Shown: piece by piece, positions 10,776-24,392 of the stretch
Position numbering within the stretch: the stretch's first letter is position 1
How the letters are laid out: each line of letters opens with the position of its first letter
DNA from: Lama guanicoe
Lineage: Eukaryota
Length of the DNA stretch: 64,000 bases
Direction of reading: 5' to 3'
NCBI GenBank assembly: GCA_013239625.1
Contig: MU053758.1
Coordinates: 496,001-560,000, forward strand
Notes under the pieces: model-generated
The model's database searches: none
What the model saw: only the letters and a program-made list of their open reading frames with translations
What the model was told of the DNA's origin: nothing
Translations under genes and position numbers: made by a program

Positions 10776-11949
10776 TCAGTGGACCTTAGTTTCCTGAAAG
10801 CTGTCTTTTTTTTCTGCCATTCCTATGCCCTCTTCAGAAGCGTGGTGTGTGCTGGGACCTGAGGAGCAACTGGAGGGGATGCCCATGGCTGGCACATCTG
10901 CACAGGGGCTCAGAACCTGCCCAGACGCAGCAGGGGGCCACATGCCCACATCCTTGGCCACGGACACTGCTAACTCACTGGTCTTGGGGTGGGAGAAGTA
11001 ATCTACAGATACTCTCTGGACTCCCCTAACCCTCCCAGCCCCAGCTGGTTCCTGCCCATGCCCTCTCAGACCTACTGTCCCTACACTGACAAAACCCACT
11101 TTATAAAATGAGGACATTAAGACTAAGGGTAAGTTACTTGATTGGTGTCACAGCCAGCAGTGGCTGAGCTGGGGGCCCAAAGCAGGTGCTCCTAAGGACC
11201 AAGCTCTGTAGTCCACATCAGCCCAAGAGAGTAGGAAGCCAAGCCTCTCTTCCACTCCCAACATTACTGCTCCTCAAAGGTCTCTCTAGACACTGACAAA
11301 CACCTGTTTCCATCTGGAGCCATCCCCCGAGGTCACAGACGTGCACTCAAACTCCCTGGACCCAGCCCCTCCGGGTGAGCTGGGCAGACTGGCATAAGTG
11401 CAATGACAGGGGATTAAATGTGAGTGGAAATTTAGTTCAATCCACCACTCATTTATTGAGTGCCTACTGCATGCAAAACCTTCCACTGAGGTGGGAGGCT
11501 GGAGGAGATACAATGGAAAAACAATTTCCCTTCCTACTGAGCCCTGCTTCTCTCTCTGCCTCTCATTGCCTGCCAGATTTTGGGTCTGCAGCTTCCTTAG
11601 ATGTGACCTAAAACCAGGGGACTATATTCTGTGATCTCTGCATTGCAAGGTGGAACAAATGACTACAAATGGGGAACAGGGAGTGAGAAAGATACACTCC
11701 TTTCCCCCATGGCTTATGGACAGGCTTCCTGGAAAAGGCTACGTTGGAGAAAGACCTCGAAAGATGCTTAGAATATCAAATCCAGGCGGGAAGGTGTGAG
11801 AAAACTCAGCGGAGGGGACAGAAGAGGCAGGGCTCTGAGGGAGAGATGTCTGGAATCTGGCTCTGGTTGTTCCGGGCAGAGCTGGCAGGGAAGAGGGCAG
11901 GGACGTTCTCACTGGGTCCCCACCGCTGGGCTAAGCCCGTGCTGCAATC

Positions 11950-13500
11950 AGACAGCCTCTCGCCCATTCAAACTGTGCCCGCCCCACTCCCACTAGGCGC
12001 TCACGCACCGAGTGTTGATGCCGGCGCGACCGACCGACCGACCGGCCGGCCGCACACCGCAGGCCCCAGGTCAGGGATAAAGAGACAGCTCTCGGAGAGA
12101 CAGCTCCATACCCACCCCCCCCCTCCGCGGACTCTCAGCTTCCCATCTTAGGTGGGCCCAGCCTGTCGCCCCTGCAGGAGACCTGAGCTCGCTCTTTGTC
12201 TGGTTGGCGGTGGAAATTCGCCGCCCCTCCCACTCCAGGCTGGATTTTGTCGTTGAACTTGAGCCAGGCCATAAACATTCCTTCACCCCTCGGGGAGATG
12301 GACAGGGACGCGGAGAGGGTGGAGGGAAATGTGTTGGCGGAAGAGGGTTGTGGAAGGATCCGGAACGCGATAGGCCGGCCTCTCCCACCCAAGCCTGCTC
12401 TGCTTCATCGACGAGCTTTTGATCTCTGCCTTCCGCGGAAAAATTCGCCAGATTGCATTTAAAAAACCCCTATTATTGAGGCCATCCGGCAAGTCAAACC
12501 AGTAATTTCGTCAGGATCAACGTAATGTAACTTTCATTTTCACTCATTCGTAATTCATGTTTTCTTAATCTTATTTTTAGGCAGTAAAATCCCCTAACTT
12601 TTTTTTAACGACCAGGAAAAGCAAATGCATAAATAGCAAACGAATAATAGCTACTGTAGATGAATTATTAGGAAAGATTGGAAGTCACCCCGAGGCCTAT
12701 TTTAAAAGCGCCCCTCCCTCGGCAGAATAATCCCAGAGGGCAGCAGAGGAGCCCCGCGGAGCCTTTGGTCTCCCTAGGATCCAGAAACAGACTTGGTAAA
12801 CGGGGCGCTCCCCTTCCGTGACGGAGGACGATCCCCCATCCTTGGCCTGGGGAGCCTCCAGCCGGACCTGGGACTCGGGCGCGTGCTTCCCAGTGACCGG
12901 CCGCCGGCGGAGGCTGTGCGAGCAGCCTGTTGAGACGGTATTAGTGATTTTGTTTTGTTTCTTCTTTTTAAAGAATTTAGGATCCTGGAGCAAGGGATGA
13001 TTAAAGACTTGATCCCGGGATCTTTTCCTGGATCAATAAAACCCAGTGTAAGGGGAGCTGGGCGCTCAGGGCTGCTCTGGGTCTTGCGCGGGGCGGCTCC
13101 GTGCGCCGGGCTTCCCGCGAGGATCCCGGGCGGCTCAGCGAGCGGCCAAGAAGGCACCAAACCCCGGCGAATTTACGACAAGCTCCCGGACTCCTAATTA
13201 AGGGACAGATAAAATGCCTGGAGGCTGGTCCTCACTGGCGAACCGGAAAAGGGGCCTGAGGGAGTTGTCAGGATACTGCTCTTCGCGCTCTGTCCTCCCC
13301 TCCACCCCCATTTGGCTTTTACCTGCCCGAGGACTTGGACCGAAGAGGGTTGTTGTCTTACTCTCCTCCCTAACCTTCGATCCCCAGGCCTTCGGAGCCC
13401 TGCAAGAACCCAGCCAACCCCTCTCCCTTTGTCTCACCTTTGGGGAAAAGTGGCGTGGGCGCCTGGGTCAAGTTAACCGAGCTGCCCGGCATCTTTTAGG
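11950..13500. promoter_or_regulatory. CpG-rich region with an AT-rich homeodomain/forkhead motif core (candidate enhancer)
   Basis: CpG-rich flanks around 12480-12680 (TAAT repeats, TTTTAACGAC, ATAAATAGCAAAC). TCAATAAAA at ~13033 and TTTACGAC at ~13172. Confidence 0.5.
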
Positions 13501-15869
13501 GCAAGTAGGGCCACCGTTGGCCCAGGAGGGCCCTAAGCAATCAGGATTGGAGGCGTGGGGAGTGGGAGGCGAAGCTTTGAGGAAGGCTTTTTAAGTTTTA
13601 GTCTGCTGTTTCATTCTCACATCCCCCCACCCCCACCCCCCACCTCAGTTCTGTGGAAGAGAAATGATCAGAAAGGATTATTCGGAAAAATAATTGCGAA
13701 GGCCTCATGGAATGAGCTTTTCAGAGATGATCTTAAGTCTCTGGCATTTGTGTAGTTTTTCGTTAGTTCTGTTTCGCCATTTATGAAATTTAAGGATTTA
13801 CAGTATTTATTTGGTACAATCGTTTCTCTGAGATCTCATTTAGAGTGAAAGAAGCCACATCTACACTGCTCCCCAAAAGCTTCAGACTAAACACATTGAA
13901 ATAATTACCCCCAACATTCCTAGTCTAAAAAAATGAAAGAAAGAAAAAGAAAAATTTCAAAGTGCAAAAAACCCTATCCAGATAGCAGAAAATAGGTTTA
14001 TGGGGCTTTGAACATGCACATACTTAAAAATTTTTTAATTAACAATCTACAAACATTTATTCCATTCTTCATTCCAATGCTCATATTTCAAAATTTGCAA
14101 CCACTGTTATTAGTTACTTTTGTCTTTCCTCTCCCCAACTTAGTTACAGGTATCCTATCTTGATTTTAAAACACACTATATATTTACTGTGTCATTAGCA
14201 ATTTCCCAAGTCATTGCAGGTTTCTAAATGCCATCTTAAAATGTGTAATATGAAACAAAATGAGTTGTCATAATTTACAAAACCATTTCCCTAATGTTGG
14301 TCATTTAGCTTGTCCCCACGTTGAAAAAGAAAACTTTTTTCTTGATTGGAAAAGTAACACATTTTCCTTGTCAAGAATTTCAAAAATATTTTTAAAATAT
14401 TATGAAGAAGAAAATAAAGCCAGCCCATATCCTACCACAAAAAGTTAACCCAAACAAGCCCTTTATTGTATTTTCTTTAGTTGTTTTTCCTTGCAAATGT
14501 GTATAATTTCAAAATTGAAATTCTGCATGAACATTTTTGAATCTTGCCTTTTACCTTAATATTAGATTATGAACATTTCTCAGTGTCATTAACCATTCTT
14601 CAAAAGCATGTGTTTAATGATTGCATAGTATCCAGTCCTCCAGATATGCCATCATTTGGAAAAGCTTTTCTCTAATAATTGATCATTTCCATGTTTACTT
14701 TTTAAAATAATTCACAAAAGAGGAGAACATGGTTACGTCCCTACGTGTGTTTGGTAGGAGGGTGAGAGCTGAATCTCCTGGGAATAGAATGCGTCAACAT
14801 TTTTAGGTTAAAAATTCCTCCTGCTAGGTATTGATTGGAAAGGAATGAAAGAGGGCCTTTGGAGCACTGGAAAAATTCTGTTTTGATCAGGGTGGTGGTT
14901 ACATGGGTGTGTATACATGTGAAAAATCATTTGGCTGAACATTTAAGATTGGTGTACTTTACTTTTTAAATTTTAACACTTCTTGCCCACTCCCCCAAGC
15001 CTATATCTGTTTACACAGGAAAAAACAATGCAGGAAATAGGTAGGTGGAGGAAGTAAGAAAGGGGAGGGGACCAACCCAAGTTGGATCAGTTCACCCCTT
15101 GCTAGGGTGTTATCTTTGGTTCATAGAGACCAGGAGTAAATATTGAACAGCTAGTGATGATGAGGGGGGAAAAAAATAGAGCCTGGCCCTTCCCACGTTG
15201 AGGAAAGAAAATTTTTCCATTATAGTTGCACGCATGTGGCTTTCAATTTTCCTAGGGAGTAGAAGATGAATAAAAATAGGCTAGAAGAGGTTTACAAAGG
15301 GAGTTAAAATTAACATATAAATAGCTGACTTGGCTAACATTGTCACATGAAATTGAAGTAGGGTGCCTTTATATGTAATATAAACGATTTTTTTTTATTT
15401 CAGAAAGAATCATTTTGGATCTATTTTATAATCTACTTTTTCACTTAAGAAGGTAGCGGGCAGGACTTGGAGGCTCCCAGACAGCTGCGCTCCCAGATCA
15501 TGACTGGGAAGACCCTTCAGGGAGTGGAATAGTGTCTGGTGTCTGTATCTAGTTTTACTGGCACTATCCTGTGTGGTGCTGTGTGCCGGCTAGAACATAT
15601 GCTTAATCCCTGGGATGCAGGAGGAAAGGGGAAAAACCCTTCAAACTGTTTGGCACCACGTTTACTTCCTGTTGTGCTTCAGAGAGAAGGCTGCTACAAC
15701 CACTGCACAATATTAGGAGGTGATATTTAATTTTGAATTGTCATTTCACTTCTTTTTCATTTGCCATCGGGATAAAGTTGGATTTTTAATCGCTATAAGA
15801 AAGACATCAGAGGCATCTTTTCGTGTCAGTAAAATGCACGGTGGATGTTTTTTAGAACAAGCTTTCCCC

Positions 15870-16375
15870 AATTTTTGAGGTATAGCATAATTCAGTAAAG
15901 TGCATTTATCTTAAGTGTATGGCTCGGGAGTATTTACTCACGTAACCACCACTCAGAACAAGATACAGAACATTTAACGCACCCCTGTAGGCTTTCTCTC
16001 ACCCCTTTCCAGTATAAAGTTCCAGAGATAATTGCCATTCTGGTTTCTGTTGCTACGGATTCGTCTTGCCTGTCCTGCATACAGTTAGAGTACAGACGTC
16101 TTTTGGGTCAGGTTTATACAATTCAACAAAATGTACGTGCAGTTCCTCTATGTTGTTATGTGTATCAATAGTTTTATGCTATTCCATTGTATGGAGAAAC
16201 TATGAGAAGTTCACCCAGTCACCTCTTGACGGACATTTAAGTTGTTTCTATATTTGGCTATTCGGAATAAGAACTATTATGAATATTCTTGAACAAGTCT
16301 TCTGGTGGACAGATTGACTAATTTCCCGTAAAATTTCTGGATTATAGGGTAGATAGATGTTTAACTGTACTAGCT
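15870..16375 (-). mobile_element. Ancient L1M 3'-end fragment
   Basis: AAGTGCATTTATCTTAAGTGTA...GACGGACATTTAAGTTGTTTC...TATGAATATTCTTG. Confidence 0.75.
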
Positions 16376-17802
16376 ATGTGGTGTCTTAAAACATCAAATT
16401 ATCCAGGCACCAGTCCCAGTTCCCTACAACTGGTGCAAATGGTCAGATTTAAGAGCAAGAAAAACCTAACATTAATGGACATGATGACATTTGCTTGAAT
16501 TTCTAAAACGAGCTTATTTCGAAGTCTTAATGACCTTGATCCTTGGGACAGCAGAGATTTGAGCTTGCTGACAACAGAGCATCAAAACTCATGGCTCCGG
16601 TTCTTCCTGTAGCCTCCCTCCACTGATCCAGTCATGGACACAGTCACATCTGCAAGTTATGTCTATGTGGCTCTCACCAAACTCCCCCAAGTGCAAGTGC
16701 AATGAGCGAGTGTGAAGAAGAACTATGACTGAGGTCAATGGTCAGGATCAGCAGGGCCCAGGGGCCCAGGGGTTAGCGCTAGAAGATGGAAGCGATTCTC
16801 CCCAGTCCTGATTTGGATGCTGAGTTATGACTTGGGAAATTTACGGCCCCGTGGTCTTTTAACAAGAAGCAATCTATCTTCCCTAGCAGAACTTCCATTA
16901 CTGGTGACAGGTGCCTGGAGCCAGCTTATTAAAAACCATCATTTCAACCCCCAAAGCGAAGGTGCCACAGTGTGTTGGAACAGAATACTAATTTCCAGCT
17001 CCATATCCTAATCTGGGATGTGGAGAGAACATTAGGAGGCATTTTAATATTCAAGAGAAAGGAAACCCAGCGCTATTTCTGCAGCTACACCCTGAGCCCT
17101 GGGAAAATTAGGATCTGCGTGTACTTCCCAGGTCACACTGCCCCATCCCAGCAGGTTAACACAGTTCACAGGTTCTCACCTGCTACCTTGGGCTGGCCCT
17201 GCCCTGGCCAGAGACAGAGCTCACCTCCATGCTCAGTGGCTGTGATGGAAGCAGGTGGCTCTGGACTTCCAGTCAGTGGGTTGGATTCAGGTCCTGGCTC
17301 TGGGAGAGGAAAAAGCCCTCTTACATTGATATGGTGCTTTAAAAATTTTCCAAGTACCTGTGTGCATTCACATCTTTTATCTCACGTGGTTCAGTGACGT
17401 ACAAGGAGAGGGAAGGAATCTGCCCATTTTACAGAGAAGGTAAATGAATACCCTGGAGGCAGCACCTTATTGTTTTTGGAGGTGAGAGGAGCCTCCACTC
17501 ATTGTTTTTTGTCCTGAAGGCTTTTCTATGCAGCTTTGAGAATAAGGCTGAGAAATCTGAATGGGGGCAAGGGGGCTGTTGTGGGGGGTTACTATTTCAC
17601 AAAGACCTCTCAGGGTTGAGCCAGTTTTTATGCCCCCACGGGGTTTCTCTACCCCCATCCCATCTTTTGGATGATCTTCATGGCTGAGTTATTCACATAA
17701 GTGACGACATTTCTGTCCTGCAGGCCTGGGTATCCCCAGGCCAAGTAGAAGGGAGAGCTAAGGAAATGGTCAAGAATTAGCCACATCGTGGGGTTGGGGG
17801 TG

Positions 17803-17892
17803 GAGAGGGTAATAGCCCAGTGGCAGAGCGAAAGCCTTAGCATGAACAAGGTCCTGTGCCCAGGACCTCCATTAAAAAATAAATAAATAATA
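17803..17892 (+). mobile_element. Vic-1-like SINE with B-box deletion
   Basis: GAGGGTAATAGCCCAGTGGCAGAGCG...CTTAGCATGAACAAGGTCCTG..CCCAGGACCTCCATTAAAAAATAAATAAA. Confidence 0.7.
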
Positions 17893-20800
17893 TATATGGA
17901 GAAGAGCAAAAATAATGATGAAGACGAAGTTGAAAGTTCATTTTCAGCTGCCTCATAGCAAAACATTTTTAAAAATCCCTGCTTTTTGGTCTCTGTCTTA
18001 ACAAACACCATGAATTGTGCATAGCTGCCATGGAATAGCAGATGTTTCACACTTTTTGTGGCTGATTTCATGCACACTTTATATCACTTGTATAAAACTG
18101 CTCTAGAAAGATTTGTTCCTCTGGGAGTTCAGGGCTGGGTAGCGGGGGCACGTGCTCTGTCCTTCTCTCTGTGCTTTCTTACTCTGATGCCCCACCTGAG
18201 ATCCAAGAATATTTTCTGCAGACTTGTTCCCCCTTTCTTAAGAGATCTACATAAACAAAATGAACATGTCTAAATTTCCAGTCGTTTAACATCTCAGGAG
18301 CCTGGAGGAAATGATGCCATTGTGTTTAATTGAATTTTTTTATCCGCGTGTTTGGTGCCAGGTGGTCTGAGGCCTGGGAGAGCTGAAAACTTGGTGTCAG
18401 GGACTCTGGTGGAGTGTGTGTGTGTAGGTGACAATTAAAACCAGTTTTGCCTCCTTCTCAGCATGGCCCAAGATGGTGTTTACTTGGCCTTATAAGCAGA
18501 ACTATTCCCTAGGCCTTGGATCTAAGAATTAGCTGTCTCCCTTCCTACTGCCACATCCCTGGACAGTAAGCCAAGGCTCTAAAACAAAGGATTCCTCATT
18601 CGTGTGCAAAATAAGCGTTTTCCTGGAGGAGCTGCTCCTTCAACCCGGGTGTCAGTAACAGGAGACTGATGGTTGTTTCATTTTAGAGATGTTTTGGATG
18701 ATCGATGCCAGCCTTTCCCAATAAAAAATTTTATTTTTCCCTGGGAAGGTTTCCTTGGAAGCATCTCAATGTGCCCCATTTACTATTTTTACTCTGAATG
18801 TTTCCATTGCCCAGAATGATTTTTGTCCAAGCTCTTGGATGGAAGTGTGACTCTGGGCTGGGAAGTCTGCCTCCAAGTTGCCAAGGGGTTTTTTAGTGAC
18901 TGGACCATCTCTGCCACCTTGGTTGACTACAGGGGCTGGTGAGGTTTGCCCTGCATCTTGTAACACCTCAATCTGGTTCCTCTGATCTCTCAGAGCAGGA
19001 AATTGCAAAGCTGTAGGAGCAGAGAACTGAACTGGGTAGTGATACATGATCAAATCCCAATTACCTGCAAAGGAATTTTCTGCCCTGGGCTTCTCTTGGC
19101 TAATCTTGTGATCCACACCGTTGGTGCCATCACTTCCCCCCTCTGAACCTGACACTCCTGTGGTCCTCAGCCCTGCTGTGCTTGATCCCTTCCAGCTGCA
19201 GGGAGCTGACAAGGATGTCAGCACTGATGACCATGGGATTCGAGGAGAGGGACAGCTTCTCTCAGGCTCTGGGACACTGGGATCCAAATGAGAGGTTGTG
19301 TTCACTCAGCCCTCAGAGCACAGCTTGGTGCTCTGACTTTAGGTTCACAAGTCCTAACTCTGTGTAGGTGCTGAATGAATGTTGGTTGAATGAATAAATA
19401 AACGAGGAGTGAATAAATCAATACATTCCAAGGACACTATCACAGTTGCATATCATAGAACTAAAAACTGCACTGGAAAGTAAAACTGTAAATCACATTT
19501 ATGATAAAGCGAAAATTTATTTGATATGTGGTTGCCTTTCATTGGTAACCAAGAGATAAGATTTTAATACCACCTCACAGCACTTAATGAAATGCCTCTC
19601 ACACCACCCCTTGCTCCTTCCTTTTCAGCCCTGTAAGTCACTTCTTCATCCCAGGCTCTTCCGTGTCGTCTTCTCAAAGGCCTTTAGAATAAACCCCGAC
19701 CATTGCTTTATGCCCCCCAGGCCACATCAGATCAAATTCATATTTACATTTGCAACCTTAGCAATTCACATTGCATAGCCCTTAAGGATTTGCAGCATTT
19801 TCACTGATGTTGCCTTATTGAATCCTAACCTTGCTGTGAGATAACACTTTGTATCCACGTTTTACGTTTTGCGGATGAAGAATCCACTGGCTAACGGAGG
19901 TAGAGCCGGGACTTAGATGCAGGTTGTTAAGCCCACATTCTCTCTGCTTCCCATGCACACATTCCCTCTCCAGCCCTGTCCTCTCCCAACCCCCAAAGCT
20001 GCTACTTTTTACTTCCTTCTATGTGCCAGAACTTTCCCATCCCTAGATCTTTGACCACATAGAACCCCGCCCCCAACTATGTGTGTTCAGAATCCTACCC
20101 ATTTTTCAACGTTTAGCTCAGATTCTCCCCTGAGTGGTCAGGTCTCCTCCCTCTTTGGTGCTTTCATGGCCCCTGACTTTACTGATTTTAAAGCAGCGTT
20201 AAAACACAGCATGGTTATATAAAATCTAACTTATCTAAGACACAGTGTGTTTATTTATGGATGAGCCTGTCAGGCTATCACTAGACTGCAGGATCCTTGA
20301 ATACGGGGATTGGGTCTTGTTCACATGTTTTATGTCCCACAGTGCCCAGAATGGGGTCTGACATCTGGTAATTACTCAATGAACACTTATGAATACAATC
20401 ATTATTTTATTGTTAAGTGAAAAAAAGTGTAGAATAGGATTATAGTAGTCTATCTTTTGTCTAAAAAGAGGGGATATAAGACTATCTTATCATGGCCATT
20501 TTCGTTTCCATAAAAGGCACATAAGAGGCAAATCACAAGAGTTTCCGCTAAGAGGTGGGGCTACAGCAAGAATGGGAGGGGTGGTTTTTTAACCATGTGA
20601 ATGTAATTCTCTTAAAAATCAGAAAGGTTGCTGAGGTGATTTGACCACCAGGATGCTGGTTCCTGATGCTGCTCCTGCACTTATGAGGTGACAACATCCA
20701 CAAACTGTCATCGGCCCAGCAACTCCATAGCAGGTGGCAGGCCTGCCCCTGCAGAAGGTGATAAAACTCTGCTTGATATGTGGAAGGCCAGGGGCAGGGA

Positions 20801-20916
20801 GGGAGAGAGAAAAAAAAGGGATTTTCTTTTCAGTCAGATAAATGGCAACTTTTTATTTAAGACATGTTTGCATAGTGTATATAATTTTAAAATGAAAAGC
20901 TAGAAAAGGTATAGGT

Positions 20917-21008
20917 CTTTTTTTTTTTTAATTGGAGGTACGGGGCATTGAACCCACGACCTCGTGTATACTAAGCATGTGCTGTACCACTGAGCTATAT
21001 TCTTCCTC
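20917..21008 (-). mobile_element. Vic-1-like SINE
   Basis: Poly-T followed by GGAGGTACGGGGCATTGAACCCACGACCTCGTG...CCACTGAGCTATA. Confidence 0.8.
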
Positions 21009-22256
21009 CAAGAAGAATGTAGAAGACTTTTGCAGGAAGAATTTAACTGGCCACTAGCAATACAAATTTAAGATCACCCAAAGAATGACTCCTCCTCATC
21101 TCTCAGAGAATCAGCTCTGAGAAGAAAAACTGCATTTTGCAGATCATATAAAAAGGAGGAAAGAGGGCGGAGGAGAGGCAGTATAGAGTGAAAGATGGGG
21201 AGAAATAGATAAAGAAAGAGAAGAGATAGGAAAAAGATGTAGGATATAAGAAAAGAAAAAGAAGAAAACAGATTTTAAAAGACAGAGGCAAAGGCGACCA
21301 GGAGAGTGAGAGCGAGAAAGAGAGAGACAGAAAGAAGCAGTGGGAGTATGTATCTGGGAAAGGCTTGGAGGGTAACGTCCAAACCAGTCCAGCAAAGGGC
21401 TCAGGCACCAGGTGAGACCAGCCTATGCCATCAGGGGCCTGCTGGACTCTGAGATGGGGAGGCTCCATGTTCCTGGAGCAGACAGTCTGCAAAGGTTTGG
21501 TCCCAGGGGTCCCTCCAGGAGTGTGCAGGTCCCCCCCTCCTCGCCACCGCCCCAATACCACCTCTACAGCACAAGGAAACGGAGAGGGGAGAGGTTCTCT
21601 AGGCTTCCTTAGATTTTTCCAGGACCAATACCCTTTACCTCCAGGAGCTGAATTTCCAAGGGCAGGTACCCTTGACAGCCTGAGTTGTGCAGCCTTTGGG
21701 GATGGTGTGGTCCAAATGGAACTTGTCTGTCCTGCTCTTGGTAGTGGGCACAGTTGCCAGGAGACAGCCCAGCCTCCAGCTTCAGGCTCCCTCATTATCA
21801 CTGACTGTGGAAGAGTGGCTGGTGCAGACTTGGTCCAGATTCCCCCTTCCTATGTGGGGAGGGCTCTGGAAAGGGATGGAGAGGGCTAGAGCAGGAGTTA
21901 AGGCTGATAGTGGAAGACCTTTGACCTCAGGTTTAGCTGTGGACCCAGCTAAACCCAGCTGTGGACCCAGCCAGAGATGAGGGGATAAATGTCCAATTCC
22001 AGACAGGATGAAGCTCTCTCTTCCCCACTCTGGGCTGCTTCCATTCCATCGGTAGGACATCTACAAAAGAGAGGAATTCAGTAGCATCTTGTTAAAAGAG
22101 GGGGAAAGTTGCATTCTGATTTTTTTTCCAGGATGTCTTCCCTAATCAAAACCAGTCGGGTGAGGATGTTCTATTCTGTCACCCACTACCTGAGTGAGTC
22201 ATTTCCTTCTCCTGAGCCTGATTTCCATCCCCCTTTTCTACATATTTCTCTCATTT

Positions 22257-22371
22257 TTTGGGCGGTGGAGGTAATTAGGTTTTTTTTTTTTAATGGAGAT
22301 ATTGGGGATTGAACTCAGGACCCCGTGTGTGCTAAGCATGCACTCTCTCACTTGAAATATACCTTCCCCTC
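22257..22371 (-). mobile_element. Vic-1-like SINE with 16-bp target-site duplication
   Basis: SINE body flanked by CATATTTCTCTCATTT at 22241-22256 and 22372-22387. Confidence 0.9.
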
Positions 22372-22399
22372 CATATTTCTCTCATTTAAAGTCCTGCCC

Positions 22400-24392
22400 T
22401 CAGGCTTCAATGAGGCAGAAAATCAACAAGGATATAGAATTCAACATCACCATCAACCAACAGGATCTAATGGACATTAACAGAACACTCCATCCAATAA
22501 CAGCAGAATACTCATTGTTTTCAAGTGTCTGTGGAACATATACCAAGATAAACCATATCATTAGCCATAAAACAAATTTCAATAAATTTAAAACAATTTA
22601 AATCATACTGAATGCATTCCCTGATGACAATGGAACCAAAATAGAAATCGATAAAAAAAAATGATAACAGAAAAATCTCCAAATACTTGGAAACTAAGCA
22701 ACATACTTCTAAATAATCTATGAGTCAAAATGGGAATTCTCAAGCAAAATTTAAAAATACATTGAAGTGAGTGAAAATGAAAATGTAATATCAAAATTGT
22801 GGCTAAAGCAGTGCTGAGAAAGAAGTTGGTAGCACTAAATGCATATATTTTCTAATAGAAAATTAGACGAGTATCTCAAAGCAATAATAATCTTAAGTCC
22901 CCACCTCGGTAACCTAGATGAAAAAGGAGAGCAAAATGAATTCAAAAGATAAATTCAAAGCAAGTGGAAATAATAAAAATAAGAACATAAATCCATACAA
23001 CTGAAAACAGAAAAAGAAGACAGTAACAGAAAACAGAAAAGAAAAAGAAAAAAATGAAACAAGGAGCTGATTATCTCAAAAGATCAATAAATCTCTGGCA
23101 ATATCAACAAATTTTTTTTAAAAAAGGGAAGAAATACTGGTACTAATGATGGGAATGGAAGAAGAGCTACCACTACAGACCCTGCAGACATCAGAAGGAT
23201 AATAAGGGAATTAGTACACAGTGGGCTGAATAATGGCCTACAAAGATATTAGGTAACTGTAAATATAACCTTATTAAAAACAGGGTCTCTGTAGATATGG
23301 TTAAGTAAGGATTTTGAGGTGAGATTATCCCGGTCGGCCCTAAGTACAATCACAAGAGAAAGGCAGAGGGAGATTTAACAGACACAGAGGAGGAGGAGGA
23401 GAAGGTGATGTGACCGTGGAAGGAGTGGTTGAAGCGACGTGGCCGCAAGACAAGGAATTACTGGCTGCCTCAGAAGATGGAAAAGGCAAAGGATGGACGC
23501 CCCACTGGAGGGAGTGCAGTCTTTCTAACACCTTGATTTTGCTTCATTGATACTGGTTTTGAATTGCTGGCCTCCAGAATGGTGGAGAATAAATGTTTGA
23601 AGCCATTATGTTATGTTAATTTGTTACAGCAGTCCCAGGAAACTAATACAGCATGAACAACTCTGTACACACAAATTTGGCAACTGAAATGAAACGGACC
23701 AATTCCTCAAAAGATGCTAGCTACCGTAATTCATCTAGTATGAAAGAGGTCATTTGAACAATCCTGTAACTATTAAGAAAGTTGTATTTATAATGCAAAC
23801 CACTCCCCCTACCCTCCCCATTTCCAGGCCTAGATGGATTGACTGGAGAATTCTACCAAATATTTAAAGAAGAAAAAAAAATGATACATAATCTTTTCCA
23901 GAAAACAGAAGAGGAGGAATATTGTTCAATGAACTTTATGAAGCCAATATTACCCTGATACTAAAATCAGATTAAGACAGTACCCAAACACACACCAGAG
24001 AGCGATAGACCGAACGCCCTAGTGAATATAGATGCATACGTCCTTAACAGAATGTTAGCAGATGGGATTCAGCAAAATATAAAGAGAAATACAGACCATG
24101 ACCAAGTGGAGTTTATTTCAGGGATGCAAGGCAGATTCAATATTCAAAAACTAATAAATGTAATCCACCATATTAACAGTGTAAACATTAAAAACCACGT
24201 GATCTTATCAATTGAGGTAGAAAAAGCATTTGACAAAATCCACACCCATTTTATAATTAAGCAAAATCCTCTCCGAGAAATAGGAATAGAAGGGGATATC
24301 TTCAACTTGACAATGAACACCTATAAAAACGGACTAGTATTCTACTTAATGGTAAAAGAGTGAATGTTTTCCCCCTAAGATTTGGAACAAGC
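22400..24392 (+). mobile_element. L1 ORF2 fragment (endonuclease to RT start), interrupted by an MLT LTR
   Basis: QKINKDIE..INQQDLMDINRTLHPITAEY and HDQVEFISGMQGRFNIQKLINVIHHIN...EKAFDKI are L1 ORF2 motifs, with stops and frameshifts. Confidence 0.92.
23217..23650 (+). mobile_element. MLT1-family (MaLR) solo LTR
   Basis: GGGCTGAATAATGGCC..AAAGAT start and TTTGTTACAGCAG..GGAAACTAATACA end. Confidence 0.85.

Noticed and set aside
21103..21801. 232-aa minus-strand ORF with a hydrophobic tail
   Set aside because: The tail is the translation of a GA-rich low-complexity tract.
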